Origin: Candidatus Fermentibacterota bacterium
GTDB taxonomy: Bacteria; Fermentibacterota; Fermentibacteria; Fermentibacterales; JCC-6
DNA length: 64,000 bases
Reading direction: 5' to 3'
NCBI GenBank assembly: GCA_963845085.1
Contig: CAWJQI010000005.1
Coordinates: 320,001-384,000, forward strand
Positions 61,822 through 64,000 of the stretch are shown here, in pieces (position 1 is the first letter of the stretch; each line of letters begins with the position of its first letter). The notes beneath the pieces were generated by a model. That model was not told the origin of the DNA. It was given only the letters and a program-made list of their open reading frames with translations, and searched no databases. The position numbers were made by a program, and so were the translations under genes.

Positions 61822-63695
61822 ACTGATCCCCCTCCCGACTTCCCCGGATCGATGGCGCCCGCTGGACAGGTCTGCACGCATGAACCGTCCCCGATGCACA
61901 GGTCGGTGTTCGTTGACACGCTTCCGTCTTCCGGGTTTCTCCGGAAAGACGGGCATCCGAATCGGTCGATGCATTCACGTGCAAGGGTGCACCTGTCCGC
62001 CGCCACTTCCACGTGTTTCTGCGAGAAACCGGGTTTCCTCCGCTGTTCCCTTGAAAACTTCAGCATGCACGGGTGCCTGGCGATGACAACGCTCAGCCCC
62101 GGCGCATCCAGGGCTTTTTTCACGGCATCGGTCAGGGCTTTCTGATTGTAGGTGTCAACCTCGGCGATGTCACTCACGCCAAGACCCTCCAGAACTTTTC
62201 TTATGGGGATCTTCAGGGCGGGCTCATCGAAGTTCCTTCCGGTGCCGGGGTGTTCCTGATGGCCTGTCATGGCGGTGGTCCCGTTCTCCATCACAACAAG
62301 CGTGAGGGTGTGATTGTTGAAAATGGCGTTGATGATGCCCGGAATGCCGGCATGGAAGAACGTGGAATCACCCAGGAACGCCACGACCCTGCGCCCCGGG
62401 CCGGCGAGCGAGAGCCCCTGGGCGATGCCTGAAGAGGCGCCCATGGACATGAGGAGCCGGCCAATTTCGTAGGGGGGAAGGAAACCGAGGGTGTGGCAGC
62501 CGATGTCGGCTACGGAAATGTCACTGTCATTAAGAGCCTTTCCGATGGCGAAGAAGGCGCTTCTGTGGCCGCAGCCCGGACACATCTGGGGATACCTCGC
62601 GGGCGCCTGGAGCAACCCCTGGGGGGGGATGGGAGCGCGCACCGAATCGGGCCAGAACCTGTGCAGGATCTCACGAACCCTTCCGGGAGTGTACTCTCCG
62701 ACCCAGTCATCGGTGCTTTCCTTTCCCAGAACGGTTGAGGAAGCCCCGGAGTCGCAGGCCACAGCCTTGACGGCCTGCTCGATGAAATCGTCGAGTTCCT
62801 CCAGAACCAGAACTTCCCTGTGCTTCCTCAAAAAATCCTCTATCAGCACGGGATCGAGCGGATACACCATTCCGAGCTTCAGGATGTCGGGCTTCCTCTC
62901 CGCCCCGGTGAGCGAATCGAGGACCGACAGAAAGGGAAGGCCGGCGGTGATAATGCCCCGGTGGATGTTCCCGTTGTCGACAAGCCTGTGATAACCATTG
63001 CCGCGGACGTTCCGGATGCGCTCGAGCGCCCTCTTCTTCATCCGGCCGACCATCGCTCCGATGGGTATGTGGGTCCCGCCCCTCCCGTCGAACACGCCGG
63101 CGTCAGCGGACGGGGGGTCGGACCAGCCTGCGAAGGAAACCATTTCCTTGGCATGGCAGACGTGGGTCGTGAGCCTGAGCATCACGGCCATGTGATTGGC
63201 GCGCGCAAGGGAAACAGCCTTCAGAAGAAAATCATAGGCTTCCGATGGAGAAGCCGGCTCGAGAACAGGGGTGTAGCTCATCCTGGCGATGTGCCTGTTG
63301 TCCTGTTCGTTCTGCGAGGAATGGGCTCCGGGATCGTCCCCGACTATCACGACCATTCCGCCGGGTATGTCCATGTGGTTCAGCTGGACGAAGGTGTCGG
63401 AGGCCACGTTGAGGCCGACGCTCTTGAAGAAAACGACGGATGTCATGCCGTTCACCGCCGCGCCGTAACAAACCTCGACCGCGACCTTCTCGTTCACGCA
63501 GAACTCGAAGTGGAATGGACGGCTCTCCAGGGGAATGGAAGCGATCGCAGTTGCGATCTCCGGCGTCGGCGATCCGGGATAGGATGCCGCCACCCTGACC
63601 CCCGATTCCACCATGCCCCTTACAACTGCGGTATTCCCCATCACCAGCTCACGAAACGGCAACCTGCCCAGCAGCATGTCTCCAAGCTTCTTCAT
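61818..63695 (-). CDS. iorA: Indolepyruvate:ferredoxin oxidoreductase alpha subunit
   Basis: YPGSP, NEKVA, SSQNEQD, CPGCGHR, GDSTFFH, C-terminal Fe-S motifs. Confidence 0.93.
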   Translation of the reverse strand: MKKLGDMLLGRLPFRELVMGNTAVVRGMVESGVRVAASYPGSPTPEIATAIASIPLESRPFHFEFCVNEKVAVEVCYGAAVNGMTSVVFFKSVGLNVASDTFVQLNHMDIPGGMVVIVGDDPGAHSSQNEQDNRHIARMSYTPVLEPASPSEAYDFLLKAVSLARANHMAVMLRLTTHVCHAKEMVSFAGWSDPPSADAGVFDGRGGTHIPIGAMVGRMKKRALERIRNVRGNGYHRLVDNGNIHRGIITAGLPFLSVLDSLTGAERKPDILKLGMVYPLDPVLIEDFLRKHREVLVLEELDDFIEQAVKAVACDSGASSTVLGKESTDDWVGEYTPGRVREILHRFWPDSVRAPIPPQGLLQAPARYPQMCPGCGHRSAFFAIGKALNDSDISVADIGCHTLGFLPPYEIGRLLMSMGASSGIAQGLSLAGPGRRVVAFLGDSTFFHAGIPGIINAIFNNHTLTLVVMENGTTAMTGHQEHPGTGRNFDEPALKIPIRKVLEGLGVSDIAEVDTYNQKALTDAVKKALDAPGLSVVIARHPCMLKFSREQRRKPGFSQKHVEVAADRCTLARECIDRFGCPSFRRNPEDGSVSTNTDLCIGDGSCVQTCPAGAIDPGKSGGGSV

Positions 63696-63839
63696 AACTG
63701 TCCTTTCCCGTGAGGACACAGCGACTTATGGACAATGCACAAACATTCAGCCGGTGAAAAGAGCCTTGACGCCCCTCGCTTTTTCCTTGTGAAACAGCTA
63801 TTTTTGTTCGTCTTTATCCCCATCCAGCCGGAGAGACCC

Positions 63840-64000
63840 ATGGAAAACTCTGATGTAAGATTCGTTATAGGATTCGCACTCATAGTAATCGCCGCAAAAA
63901 TAGCGGGAAGGCTCACGCAAAGGTTGCTGAAGCAGCCCGCTGTCATCGGCGAATTGCTGATCGGTCTTGTCATCGGGCCCTATGCGCTCGGCAGCATCGG
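63840..64000 (+). CDS. Cation:proton antiporter (CPA2), 5' part only
   Basis: MENSDVRFVIGFALIVIAAKIAG..QPAVIGELLIGLVIGPYALG, read directly from the sequence. Confidence 0.8.
   Translation, partial: MENSDVRFVIGFALIVIAAKIAGRLTQRLLKQPAVIGELLIGLVIGPYALGSI

Noticed and set aside
17000..63700. Many long opposite-strand or alternate-frame ORFs (e.g. 21895-23487, 25060-26535, 41227-42954, 46226-47743)
   Set aside because: Shadows of well-identified genes in high-GC DNA, with no recognisable motifs.

Overview
Chromosomal window from a GC-rich anaerobic bacterium, probably FCB group. Secreted proteins starting QTDWSGG, T9SS-type C-terminal domains and a TWxxIK tail suggest Ca. Fermentibacteria; this is inference. 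1-13.5 kb is a lower-GC island integrated at the 3' end of tmRNA (ssrA, 13543-13897, minus). It carries a tyrosine integrase that reads into ssrA, an excisionase-like HTH, a fused primase/DUF3987 helicase, an XRE regulator, an IS256 remnant, an AT-rich membrane cargo gene, a phage-like early module (DUF932, YkvA, RecE-like exonuclease, small partner) and a large secreted protein. Many genes left of ~16.7 kb are frameshifted; genes to the right are intact. The core region holds rpmB, an FG-GAP secreted protein, a radical SAM gene, the dcw cluster (mraZ to ftsZ, no murB or ddl), wzc/SLBB/nucleotide-sugar dehydrogenases, selB-selA, rnfCDGEAB, an ArsR-permease-thioredoxin-CcdA operon, an MFS transporter, mgtE, bacterioferritin, asnB, a GT2, iorAB and the start of a cation:proton antiporter. 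Most unusual signals: a 2x[4Fe-4S] ferredoxin with a Sec-like leader fused to a T9SS-type sorting domain beside rnf; a tmRNA whose tag frame appears to be only Ala-Ala-stop; a Pro-Pro-Pro leader ORF with an anti-SD structure before mgtE; a RecE partner that is not a recognisable annealase; and a structured intergenic element in the island.
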